This document shows positions 10,080 to 18,665 of a DNA stretch of 29,376 bases, piece by piece. Within the stretch, counting starts at the first letter, position 1. The number at the start of each line of letters is the position of its first letter. Below the pieces are notes generated by a model. The model did not search any database. It was not told the origin of the DNA and was given only the letters and a program-made list of their open reading frames with translations. The translations under genes were made by a program, and so were the position numbers. Source of the DNA: a virus (Duplodnaviria; Caudoviricetes); IMG/VR virus record IMGVR_UViG_3300043908_002087, positions 1 through 29,376 of that record; one strand, 5' to 3'.

Positions 10080-10430
10080 ATGCAAGTAATAACAACAACT
10101 GGAACAAGATTGATTAATTTAGTACCAAGAGAAAAATTTTCTGGTGCTAAAACCTATTCACTAGTGATAAAATCTGAGGAATTAAATAAAGTTATTTTTA
10201 CTGATTCTAACGCAACTTTTTCAGAAGTTGACTATTATTACACATACAGCACAACACAAGCTCTTACAGAAGCTAATTTTTACACTTACGAGGTAAGAAA
10301 CACAACTGACAATACATTAGTATTTAAAGATAAAATTTTTGCAACAGATCAAACAGTTAGCACTTTCAATATAAGCAACAATGTTTACACTGAAACCTCA
10401 ACTGGCGATAACGAATACATTTATGCATAA
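10080..10430 (+). CDS. Putative virion (head-tail) protein (116 aa)
   Basis: Beta-rich, in structural operon, coupled to the portal start. Confidence 0.5.
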   Translation: MQVITTTGTRLINLVPREKFSGAKTYSLVIKSEELNKVIFTDSNATFSEVDYYYTYSTTQALTEANFYTYEVRNTTDNTLVFKDKIFATDQTVSTFNISNNVYTETSTGDNEYIYA

Positions 10431-12211
10431 TGGACAATGTTCACTTAATACAACTTAGCAGCTACGAAAGACCAACAATTACTGAAGAAAAGAATCAGGA
10501 TTGGGTAGGCATTGGTGATAACAATGATTATTACCAAAGTTTAATTGATGCTTATATGGATAGCACTACAAACAATGCTGTAATAAATGGTATTGTAAAC
10601 CAAATATATGGCAAAGGGTTAGATGCAACAGATAGCAATAGAAAGCCTGAGCAGTATGCTGAAATGAAAAAAATCTTAAAACACAAAGAATTAAGAAGGG
10701 TTGTACAGGATTTAAAATTATTGGGTGAAGGTGCTTTTCAAGTTACTTATTCAGGTGATAAAATTGCAAGTATTACACATTTTCCAAGAGAAACATTACG
10801 CGCCGAAAAGTGTGGTGAAGATGGTAAAATAAAAAATTATTTATACAGTGCTGATTGGACAAAAGTAACAAAGCAAACAGAGCTTAAAAAATTCCCTGTA
10901 TTTGGTAGTGGTGCAACTAATGAAATATTTATTGTAAGAAGATATGTAAGTGGGTACTTTTACTATAGTCCAGCTGATTATCAAACAGCGTATTGCACTT
11001 TAGAGAAACATATTGCAGATTACTTAATAAATGATGCACAATGCAGCTTTAGTGGTACTAAAATAATTAATTTTAACAACGGTGTTCCAGATAGGGAAAA
11101 GCAAGAACACATAAAATCACAGGTATTACAAAAGCTTACAGGAAGTTATGGAGAAAAAGTAATTGTAGCATTTAACAACAATACAGAAAGTAAGACTACA
11201 ATTGATGATATAAGCTTAACAGATGCACCTGAACACTATAATTATCTATCAGAAGAGTGTACAAGAAAAATACTTGTAACACATAGGGTTAGTTCTCCTT
11301 TGTTAATTGGTTTAAGAGATGGTAATAATGGTTTAGGTTCAAATGCTGATGAGATCAAAAATGCTAGTTTGTTATTTAACAATGTAGTTATAAAACCTTA
11401 TCAAGATTTAATTTTAGATGCCTTAGATGAATTGTTTGCAGTAAATAACATATCACTAAATATGTATTTTAAAACTATTGAACCTTTAGAGTTTATGGAT
11501 TTAGATGATGATTTAGATGCAGAAACAAAAGAAGAAGAAACTGGAATAAAGCAAGAAGATGATGCTGAAGCATTAGAAGCTACAAGGCACTGTTTTCACA
11601 ACATAGATGACAAAGTATTAAACAGCATTGCTGATGAGCTTATAGCTTTAGGTGAAGATGAAGATTTAGAAAACTACACTGTTGTAGATGAAAGGGAAGT
11701 TGATTATGATAATGAAGCAAGTTTGGATAAAATGCTGAACCTAGCTAGTACAGGTGTTGCAAGACCAAAAGCAAAAAGTGAGCAAGATGGCACTTCAAAG
11801 CAAGAAAGTCAGAAAGGTGTATTATTTAAAGTTAGATACACTTATTCACCAAAAAGAGTAAGTGCAAATTCAAGAGAATTTTGTAAAAAAATGGTTGCAG
11901 CAGATAAAGTATACAGGAAAGAAGATATTATGATGATGGATAAAAAGCCAGTAAATGCTGGTTTTGGTGAGAATGGTGCTGACACGTATTCAATATGGTT
12001 GTATAAAGGCGGACCAAGATGCCGACACAAATGGTTCAGAAAAACTTATATGCTAAAGGATGGAAAAGAAACAGAGATAACAACAGGCAGAGCAAGAAGC
12101 AAAGGTTTTGTAGCACCTAAAAACCCACAGAAAGTTCCTGTTGCACCTAATGATATGCCAAGAAAAGGATTTAGTCCAAGAAATAGAAATTTACCAAAAG
12201 ACGCTAGATAA
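10430..12211 (+). CDS. Portal protein with C-terminal MuF-like/Cys-His extension (593 aa)
   Basis: Portal-like core (YYSPADY, INFNNGVP, HRVSSPLLIG, VIKPYQ), acidic linker, then SREFC...YSIWLYKGGPRCRHKW domain. Confidence 0.85.
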   Translation: MDNVHLIQLSSYERPTITEEKNQDWVGIGDNNDYYQSLIDAYMDSTTNNAVINGIVNQIYGKGLDATDSNRKPEQYAEMKKILKHKELRRVVQDLKLLGEGAFQVTYSGDKIASITHFPRETLRAEKCGEDGKIKNYLYSADWTKVTKQTELKKFPVFGSGATNEIFIVRRYVSGYFYYSPADYQTAYCTLEKHIADYLINDAQCSFSGTKIINFNNGVPDREKQEHIKSQVLQKLTGSYGEKVIVAFNNNTESKTTIDDISLTDAPEHYNYLSEECTRKILVTHRVSSPLLIGLRDGNNGLGSNADEIKNASLLFNNVVIKPYQDLILDALDELFAVNNISLNMYFKTIEPLEFMDLDDDLDAETKEEETGIKQEDDAEALEATRHCFHNIDDKVLNSIADELIALGEDEDLENYTVVDEREVDYDNEASLDKMLNLASTGVARPKAKSEQDGTSKQESQKGVLFKVRYTYSPKRVSANSREFCKKMVAADKVYRKEDIMMMDKKPVNAGFGENGADTYSIWLYKGGPRCRHKWFRKTYMLKDGKETEITTGRARSKGFVAPKNPQKVPVAPNDMPRKGFSPRNRNLPKDAR

Positions 12212-12723
12212 TGCCAAAAGCACTTTTTATATCACGACAAGATTTAGTTACATTCACAACTGCAAACGGAAACCTTGATCCAGATAAATTCTTACCCTAT
12301 ATCCGTATTGCACAGGACATTCATATTCAGAACTATTTAGGAACTGATTTAATGGAGAAAATTGAAAGTTTAATTACTGCTGGAACTTTAACTTTGGTAG
12401 ATAACCCTAATTATTTTAATTTGGTAAAAGACCATATAAAAGATATGTTGATATACTGGGCAATGGTCGAGTATTTACCCTATGCTGGTGTGAATATTAC
12501 AAACAATGGTATATTTTCAATGCAACCTGAAAACAGTACAGTATTGGATAAAAACAGGGTTGACAGCTTAATTGAAAAAGCAAGAGATACAGCACAGCAT
12601 TACACACGTAGGTTTATTGATTACATAACGTTTAATCAAACATTATTTCCAGAATACAACAGCAACAGCAATGGTGATATGAACCCTGATGATGTAGCAG
12701 ATTTTGGAGGATTTGTACTTTAA
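12211..12723 (+). CDS. Putative head-tail adaptor/head completion protein (170 aa)
   Basis: Follows portal; N.D.DK..P.I..AQDIHIQNYLGTDL and FPEY motifs. Confidence 0.6.
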   Translation: MPKALFISRQDLVTFTTANGNLDPDKFLPYIRIAQDIHIQNYLGTDLMEKIESLITAGTLTLVDNPNYFNLVKDHIKDMLIYWAMVEYLPYAGVNITNNGIFSMQPENSTVLDKNRVDSLIEKARDTAQHYTRRFIDYITFNQTLFPEYNSNSNGDMNPDDVADFGGFVL

Positions 12724-12733
12724 AAAATAGATT

Positions 12734-13576
12734 ATGGCAGTAACAAATGGATGGGGACAAGGAGTAATTAACAACACTAATGGATGGGGTAAATTAGCTA
12801 CCAACAACATTGGTGCTGGTTCTGTTTATGAGAACAGTGCAAGTGGTGATACTGTTATGGTTGCACCATCTACACCTTCATTTTCAAACACAAAATCTGT
12901 TTTATTTGATGGTGTGGATGATTTTGTTAATTGTGGAAATGTAACTACTTTAAATAATGCAACTAATGGAAGTTGGTCGCTTTGGATAAAACCACAAGCA
13001 ACAGGACTTAAATTTTTATTTAGTGCATATCAAGGAAGTGGACCAAACCAACAAATACAAGTGCAAAAAAAAGGAACTGGAATATCAATAAGATTAAGAG
13101 CAGAAGGATTTAGTGGTGGTACACCAATAATGTTCAATGAAAGTTCACAAAGCTGGACGCTAGATGAATGGTATCATATAGCTATTACATTTGATGGTTC
13201 TGAATCAGATAATGCTCTAAAAATGAAAGTATATGTGAATGCAAACCAATTAACAAATACATCTGCTGGAGCTTCAACAACAAATATTAATTCTACAACA
13301 TCTGATTTCCACATTGGTTCTTTTACAACCTCAAATGAGTTTGCTGGAAACATTGATGAGTTTAGCATTTTTAATTATACTTTAACACAGGCAAATGTAA
13401 ATACAATATTCAATTCAGGTGTTGCAAATGATATTTCTTCTTTAAACCCTTCTCACTGGTGGAGGATGGGCGATGGTGATACTTTTCCAACCCTCACTGA
13501 TAATGGTTCAGGAAGTAACGATGGAACAATGACAAATATGGCAGCAGATGATATTGTTGAAGATACACCTTCATAA
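12734..13576 (+). CDS. LamG/concanavalin A-like lectin domain virion protein, candidate receptor-binding protein (280 aa)
   Basis: FDGVDDFV, WSLWIK, WYHIAITFDG, KVYVN, F.GNIDEFSIFN.TL motifs; short NGWG-repeat N-terminal anchor. Confidence 0.85.
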   Translation: MAVTNGWGQGVINNTNGWGKLATNNIGAGSVYENSASGDTVMVAPSTPSFSNTKSVLFDGVDDFVNCGNVTTLNNATNGSWSLWIKPQATGLKFLFSAYQGSGPNQQIQVQKKGTGISIRLRAEGFSGGTPIMFNESSQSWTLDEWYHIAITFDGSESDNALKMKVYVNANQLTNTSAGASTTNINSTTSDFHIGSFTTSNEFAGNIDEFSIFNYTLTQANVNTIFNSGVANDISSLNPSHWWRMGDGDTFPTLTDNGSGSNDGTMTNMAADDIVEDTPS

Positions 13577-13585
13577 AATTATAAA

Positions 13586-13831
13586 ATGAGAACTTACAGC
13601 ATTATAAAAACAGAAGATTTAGGCAAAGTAAAATTTAGAGAAATTTTAGAAAACTCTCCAAAAACAATTAGAAGAAGTTTAGATGATACTTTATTTGTAA
13701 TTAAATACAGTTCAGAGCCATCATTTATAAAAGATGGTACAGTAAAACCATCACAAACTTTAACTCATTCAGAAGCTTTAGAATTAATGTCAACAGCAGC
13801 TTGGAGCCAAGAAGAACCAGTTGAAGAATAA
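13586..13831 (+). CDS. Hypothetical protein following the LamG gene (81 aa)
   Basis: Clean ORF with A-rich start context; RRSLD..LFVIK...THSEAL..M...W pattern. Confidence 0.6.
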   Translation: MRTYSIIKTEDLGKVKFREILENSPKTIRRSLDDTLFVIKYSSEPSFIKDGTVKPSQTLTHSEALELMSTAAWSQEEPVEE

Positions 13832-13861
13832 AAGTATAATATTGTGCAAAAAGCTTTAAAT

Positions 13862-14167
13862 ATGGAAGATCACAATTTAATTGTTTTGATATCAACCCTA
13901 GTAACTGCACTAGGTATTAAGGAAATATGGTCTTTGATAAAGCAAAGAATTGACATTAAAGCAAAAAAAGAAGAGAGAAATGATGAACTTTCATATAGAG
14001 TTATAGAAGAGTTAAAAGCCAAGATTGAAGGTTTAGAATTAAAGATTGATGAGTTGATTAAAGAGAACACCGAGCTTCATAGGCAAGTAGCAAAAATGGA
14101 AGAAAGGTTGTTACAAAATGCAAGAAAAAAATCAGCAAGAACACAAAGAAGAAAAGAAAATAAATAA
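13862..14167 (+). CDS. N-terminal TM + coiled-coil protein, holin/antiholin-like lysis accessory
   Basis: Hydrophobic LIVLISTLVTALGI segment then heptad coiled coil; directly upstream of the endolysin; ATG 13862 preferred over GTG 13844. Confidence 0.5.
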   Translation: MEDHNLIVLISTLVTALGIKEIWSLIKQRIDIKAKKEERNDELSYRVIEELKAKIEGLELKIDELIKENTELHRQVAKMEERLLQNARKKSARTQRRKENK

Positions 14168-14169
14168 TT

Positions 14170-14619
14170 ATGAGAAAGATTGATAAAATAATTATACACT
14201 GTTCTGCAACTGTTGAGGGTGTTAATGTTTCTACATCAACGATAAAAAGATGGCACGTTCAAGGCAGAGGTTGGAGTGATATAGGTTATCATTATGTAAT
14301 TGGTTTGGATGGTGCTATTGACTATGGAAGACCAATAAACAGGTCTGGAGCGCACACAAAAGGAGAAAATGAAACTAGCATTGGAATTTGTTACATTGGT
14401 GGTTTAGGTAAAAGCAAAAGAGCAAAAGATACAAGAACAGAAGCACAGAAAAAAGCATTAGTTAAAATACTTAAAACACTAACACACATTTATCCAGAAG
14501 CTTCAATACATAGCCATTTTGAATTTGCCAATAAAGCCTGTCCGTGTTTCAATGCTGGTGAAGAGTATGCAGAGCTTCAGCCAAAGGGATATAAATACCA
14601 GAAAAAAAGTAAGAAATAA
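14170..14619 (+). CDS. Endolysin, N-acetylmuramoyl-L-alanine amidase (T7 lysozyme/Amidase_2-like)
   Basis: IIIHCSAT, GWSDIGYHYVI, GAH, SIGICYIGG, H...NKACP Zn-ligand motifs. Confidence 0.95.
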   Translation: MRKIDKIIIHCSATVEGVNVSTSTIKRWHVQGRGWSDIGYHYVIGLDGAIDYGRPINRSGAHTKGENETSIGICYIGGLGKSKRAKDTRTEAQKKALVKILKTLTHIYPEASIHSHFEFANKACPCFNAGEEYAELQPKGYKYQKKSKK

Positions 14620-14831
14620 TGAATGACCAACAAAAAAACATATTAACCAACATTATAGGTTTGATTATATTGGCTTTGAATGTGTATGCTTTCTACTGGA
14701 TGCAAGTAGATTTACTTGATTTTTGTGTAGTTCTATGTATTTCATTAGTATTGTTTTTATTCAAAGCAGAAAATACAAAAAGATGGTTAAGAAAAGCCTT
14801 AAAAGGTATATTATCCAAGTTCTCACAGTAG
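14619..14831 (+). CDS. Putative holin (70 aa, two TM segments)
   Basis: Two hydrophobic stretches and a basic C-terminus; between endolysin and spanin. Confidence 0.6.
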   Translation: MNDQQKNILTNIIGLIILALNVYAFYWMQVDLLDFCVVLCISLVLFLFKAENTKRWLRKALKGILSKFSQ

Positions 14832-15232
14832 CACTGCTCTTTAGTTGTTCACCACAAAAAAGACTAAATAGATTAGTTAAAAAATACCCACATTTAACAG
14901 AGGTTTCTATTGATACAATAAGGGTTATTGATACCTTTATAGTTCAGCAATATGATACAACTTTAATAAACAACTTCATCAAACAAGATTGTGTAATTGT
15001 ACTAAATAATGAAAGGGTTAAGATATCTTATAAATACGACACAATCACAGAGAAAATCATTCATTCAGTTAAATTACCTAATGATACGATTATTAAGGAG
15101 AAGATTATACCAATTGAAGTTGAAAAGATTGTATATAAAGAAATAAGCTGGTGGGAAAAATACCAGAGTTTAATTTACATTTTTCTTATTGGTTTTGTTT
15201 TGTTGGTTATCTATAAAAGACTAACAAAATGA
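14783..15232 (+). CDS. Putative unimolecular spanin (lipoprotein with C-terminal TM)
   Basis: From ATG 14783: basic N-terminus, hydrophobic core, LFS-C lipobox; beta-rich DT-repeat middle; C-terminal TM LIYIFLIGFVLLVIY. Confidence 0.7.
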   Translation: MVKKSLKRYIIQVLTVALLFSCSPQKRLNRLVKKYPHLTEVSIDTIRVIDTFIVQQYDTTLINNFIKQDCVIVLNNERVKISYKYDTITEKIIHSVKLPNDTIIKEKIIPIEVEKIVYKEISWWEKYQSLIYIFLIGFVLLVIYKRLTK

Positions 15233-16302
15233 GAAATTTTAACAAAGATTTTTCAGATAGGTATAAAAAAGAAAGGGGAAACCCTAGATACAGATTAACT
15301 GAAGATGAAGCAAACATTATTCAGCAATATAGAAGGGTAAAAGAAGAAGCTAAAAGTGAGGGTTTAAACCCAAATGATGTACACAGTGGTTGGATAAAAT
15401 CTAAAAATGCAAGTTTATATTTTAAGAATGCAAATTTTAGATCAAGAGATTTAAAACAATTCAAAGAAGATTTAATTCAAGAGCTTCAGCAGTATGCACC
15501 AGAGTTTAAATACATTGAAAAGCCAAAGGTTAGTGATGGACATTTACTGTTGATATCACCAGCAGATATTCACATTGGTAAATTATGTAAAAGTTTTATA
15601 AGTGGTGAGGAATACAACAAGCAGAAAGCTGTAATTAGAACGCTTGAAGGTGTACAAGGTTGCCTAGATAAAAGCAGAGGTTTTAACATAGATAAAATAC
15701 TTCTTGTTATTGGCAATGATGTGATGCACATTGATAGTTTTAGCAACAAAACCACAAGAGGAACTGAGCAAGATGTCGACGGAATGTTCTTTGAGCATTT
15801 TCACATTGCTAAAAGGTTGTATATTAATATCATTGAAATGCTGTTGGCATTTTATCCAGATTTACATATTATGTATAACAGCAGTAACCACGACTATTTA
15901 ACTGGTTTTATGTTAGCAGATGTAATTGCTACATATTTTAAGAATAATAAGAACATAAGTTTTGATATTAGCTTACAATACAGGAAGTATTACAAGTATA
16001 AAAACAATTTAATCGGCAGTACTCACGGTGATGGTGCAAAGTGGGATTTATTGCCTATGCTTATGGCTGATGAATGCAAGGATTGGAGCAAGTGTAAGTA
16101 CAGATATATGTTTACTCACCACGTTCATCACAAAATAAATAAAGATTATGTTGGTTTGTCACTTGAAAGCTTACGCAGTCCATCACCAGCAGATAGATGG
16201 CATTCAAAATACGGTTATACTTCATCTAACAATCAAGCAATAGAAAGCTTTATATTCTCAAAAAACAATGGTCAGGTAGCAAGGTTAACACATTTATTTT
16301 AA
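15229..16302 (+). CDS. Calcineurin-like metallophosphoesterase (357 aa)
   Basis: DIHIG, GND..H.D, SNHD, HGD and HHVHH metal-binding motifs. Confidence 0.85.
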   Translation: MRNFNKDFSDRYKKERGNPRYRLTEDEANIIQQYRRVKEEAKSEGLNPNDVHSGWIKSKNASLYFKNANFRSRDLKQFKEDLIQELQQYAPEFKYIEKPKVSDGHLLLISPADIHIGKLCKSFISGEEYNKQKAVIRTLEGVQGCLDKSRGFNIDKILLVIGNDVMHIDSFSNKTTRGTEQDVDGMFFEHFHIAKRLYINIIEMLLAFYPDLHIMYNSSNHDYLTGFMLADVIATYFKNNKNISFDISLQYRKYYKYKNNLIGSTHGDGAKWDLLPMLMADECKDWSKCKYRYMFTHHVHHKINKDYVGLSLESLRSPSPADRWHSKYGYTSSNNQAIESFIFSKNNGQVARLTHLF

Positions 16303-16320
16303 TTTTTTTTTATTTAAGTA

Positions 16321-16352
16321 TTGTATATTTATAATTATTATTTATATATTTA
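16321..16352 (+). promoter_or_regulatory. Putative host (Bacteroidota primary sigma) early promoter
   Basis: TTG-N21-TATATTTA resembles the -33 TTTG / -7 TAnnTTTG consensus; AT-rich gap at the start of the early region. Confidence 0.6.
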
Positions 16353-16369
16353 CAAAAAACATTACAACT

Positions 16370-16651
16370 ATGTTAGAATTAGAAAAAAAACAATTACCAT
16401 ATAACACTGAGGTTGTTATGAATGGTTTTAATAATCAAGAAATTTATATTCTTAAAGAAACTGAAAAAGCCTTTTTATTATGCTATAGTAAAATAGTAAA
16501 AAGAGGTACAAGTATGGTATCAGACCATAAAGAATTTAGTTTTTGGTGTCCTAAGTCAGTATGGTTTAATGATAGAAACTTTACTAATTATGGTAAAATA
16601 GATGAAAAAAATCCTGTGATTTTCAATCCACCTTATTTTTTAATTAAATAA
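16370..16651 (+). CDS. Hypothetical early protein (93 aa)
   Basis: ETEKAFL...FWCPKS motif recurrent in small phage proteins; first gene after the early promoter. Confidence 0.7.
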   Translation: MLELEKKQLPYNTEVVMNGFNNQEIYILKETEKAFLLCYSKIVKRGTSMVSDHKEFSFWCPKSVWFNDRNFTNYGKIDEKNPVIFNPPYFLIK

Positions 16652-16659
16652 AAACAACT

Positions 16660-16809
16660 ATGAATAAAATTTTAAACATCATTGAACAGGTTGAGCAAGG
16701 TAAAATTACTGCTGAAGAATCTGTAAAACTTATTAAAGCAACAGTTCTTGACATTCAAGAAGATGAATTGCTTGATTATGTATTTCCAACTAAAAAATTC
16801 AAACAATGA
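16660..16809 (+). CDS. Small protein with SHOCT-like motif (49 aa, MNKILNIIEQVEQGKITAEE...)
   Basis: Read manually; AAAACAACT-ATG start context; ATGA overlap with next ORF. Confidence 0.7.
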   Translation: MNKILNIIEQVEQGKITAEESVKLIKATVLDIQEDELLDYVFPTKKFKQ

Positions 16810-16895
16810 AAAAGGAAATATTAAACACAACAGTGCTAGTAACTGCACTTTACATTAGTTACAAAATAATCAGTTATTTAATAATTAATCTTTAA
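16806..16895 (+). CDS. Small membrane peptide (29 aa, MKKEILNTTVLVTALYISYKIISYLIINL)
   Basis: Read manually; ATGA coupling; single hydrophobic helix. Confidence 0.55.
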   Translation: MKKEILNTTVLVTALYISYKIISYLIINL

Positions 16896-16899
16896 AACA

Positions 16900-17064
16900 A
16901 TGGTAAGAACATTCTATGTGCAGAAAGGCAAAGAAGATATAATGCACAAATTCAAAGAAACCAATGAAAAACTTGGTTTAAACTACTCAGCTACTCTTGT
17001 TGAGTTAATGCAAAAATTCAATAAAGAACATTCTAAAAAAGTAAAGGATGGAAGTAACAAGTAA
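16900..17064 (+). CDS. Ribbon-helix-helix (Arc/CopG-like) DNA-binding protein (54 aa)
   Basis: MVRTFYV beta-strand, helix, then GLNYSATLVELMQKF matching the RHH G-x-S/N-x-S helix B pattern. Confidence 0.6.
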   Translation: MVRTFYVQKGKEDIMHKFKETNEKLGLNYSATLVELMQKFNKEHSKKVKDGSNK

Positions 17065-17248
17065 ACATAAAAGACACATTGTTACCCTATCTGACAGGCA
17101 TACTGAAGTAGATGTTGAGATTGTACAAAATGACAATTTCAAATCTGTAAAATTCAAAAGCTTCAAAACTCAATATTCTATTTGTGTAAATAATGGTGAG
17201 TTTATGCAACTGCTAAAAATTCTTGAAACCTTAAAACAAGAGCTATGA
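17048..17248 (+). CDS. Hypothetical protein (66 aa)
   Basis: Tightly packed ORF with ATGA overlap to the next gene. Confidence 0.65.
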   Translation: MEVTSKHKRHIVTLSDRHTEVDVEIVQNDNFKSVKFKSFKTQYSICVNNGEFMQLLKILETLKQEL

Positions 17249-17598
17249 ATTACACATTGGAAGAAGAAGCACATTACAAATATCTGCAAGAGCGTTTAGA
17301 TCAATGGCAAACACATCATTTTGAGCAAGAACTTCTTGGAAATGTTAAAAGCTGTTTAACAAGAGTTAACTGGCATAAAAACATTCTACTTAACAAACAC
17401 ACACAAATTTCTCAAAAGTCCCTTAGAAGCATTTTAAATGGCTTTGAAAAGGAAATCTACAACTTGGAAGATTTGCAAAGAAAACTAAGATTGATAAACT
17501 CAAAAAGTTTACGTTGCAAGACAATACTTTCAAAAACAAAACAACTACAATTATTAACACTAAAATTCATTAACGATGAACAGAAAAGAACAACTTAA
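17245..17598 (+). CDS. Hypothetical helical protein (117 aa)
   Basis: Tightly packed ORF in early operon. Confidence 0.65.
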   Translation: MNYTLEEEAHYKYLQERLDQWQTHHFEQELLGNVKSCLTRVNWHKNILLNKHTQISQKSLRSILNGFEKEIYNLEDLQRKLRLINSKSLRCKTILSKTKQLQLLTLKFINDEQKRTT

Positions 17599-17953
17599 TA
17601 CTTTGTTTCAAAAGTATGAGCTTGATGTTGAAGATACATTTAAGCACAAACACTATCACATAATCACAAGAAGTGGTATTGATAAAATTCAAGCAAGAGC
17701 AGAGATTTCAATTAATTATGATCTTAAGCATTATAATCCAGATTTAAAAACCTGTATAATCAAAGCAACAGGTAAATGCAATGATGTAGAGATACAAACC
17801 TACGGTGAGTGTTCCCCTGAAAACAACAGAAATGCTTATCCAGTAGCCATTGCAGAAAAGAGAGCAATGAGCAGAATAGTTCTAAAGCTATGTGGTTTTT
17901 ATGAGCTTGGGGTGTTTGGAGAAGATGAAAGCGAATCCTTTAAAAATAATTAA
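17576..17953 (+). CDS. Putative single-strand annealing protein (Rad52/Sak-like fold, 125 aa)
   Basis: YPVAIAEKRAMSRIVLKLCGFY motif; adjacent to exonuclease and SSB. Confidence 0.5.
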   Translation: MNRKEQLNTLFQKYELDVEDTFKHKHYHIITRSGIDKIQARAEISINYDLKHYNPDLKTCIIKATGKCNDVEIQTYGECSPENNRNAYPVAIAEKRAMSRIVLKLCGFYELGVFGEDESESFKNN

Positions 17954-17954
17954 G

Positions 17955-18653
17955 ATGAAAAAAGATAGATTAAGTTATTCAGCATTAAGTGCTTTTAGTA
18001 AATCCCCAAATCATTTATTAAGCTATTGGAACAAGGAAGAAACACCTCCAACAGATGCACAGGAGTTTGGCAAACTGTTGCATAAAATGGTACTTGAACC
18101 TGAAGAGCTATTGCGAGAGTATATTCAATATGAAGGAAGAAGAGCTGGTAAAGCTTGGGCAGAGTTTCAAGAAAGGCATCCAAGCAAAACAATTGTAACT
18201 ACAAAATTGTACAATCATTGTTATAAAACCTATAGCAAAGCTTTAGAAAATAAAGTATTTAAAGATTTACTATCCAAAACAACTGAAACTGAAAAGCACA
18301 TAGAATGGCAGTGCAAGGGTGTAAACTTTCACGGGTTTGTTGATATGGTTGGAGAAGGTTTTATTGCTGATATTAAAACAACAACTGATGCTGGAGAAAG
18401 GTTTGAAAGAGATTTGTACTATGACAATCTTGGGTATATAATGCAGGGTGCAATGTATTTGGAAGCATTTCCAAAAGATACTGTTTACTATATTATTGCA
18501 ATTGAAAAATCAGAACCTTACAATGTTCAGGTGTATGAATTATCTGAAAAATCAATTTACAGAGGAGTTGAAAAATACAATGATTTGGTTGATGCATTCA
18601 AAGAATGGGATGGGCAGCCAATGAGTTACAGTAGTGAAATAAAATTAATCTAA
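17955..18653 (+). CDS. PD-(D/E)XK exonuclease (RecE/DUF3799-like)
   Basis: LSYSAL, FGKLLH.MVLEP, E...HGFVD, IADIKTT, YIMQGAMY motifs; ATG 17955 is the more plausible start. Confidence 0.85.
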   Translation: MKKDRLSYSALSAFSKSPNHLLSYWNKEETPPTDAQEFGKLLHKMVLEPEELLREYIQYEGRRAGKAWAEFQERHPSKTIVTTKLYNHCYKTYSKALENKVFKDLLSKTTETEKHIEWQCKGVNFHGFVDMVGEGFIADIKTTTDAGERFERDLYYDNLGYIMQGAMYLEAFPKDTVYYIIAIEKSEPYNVQVYELSEKSIYRGVEKYNDLVDAFKEWDGQPMSYSSEIKLI

Positions 18654-18665
18654 AAACAAATAAAA

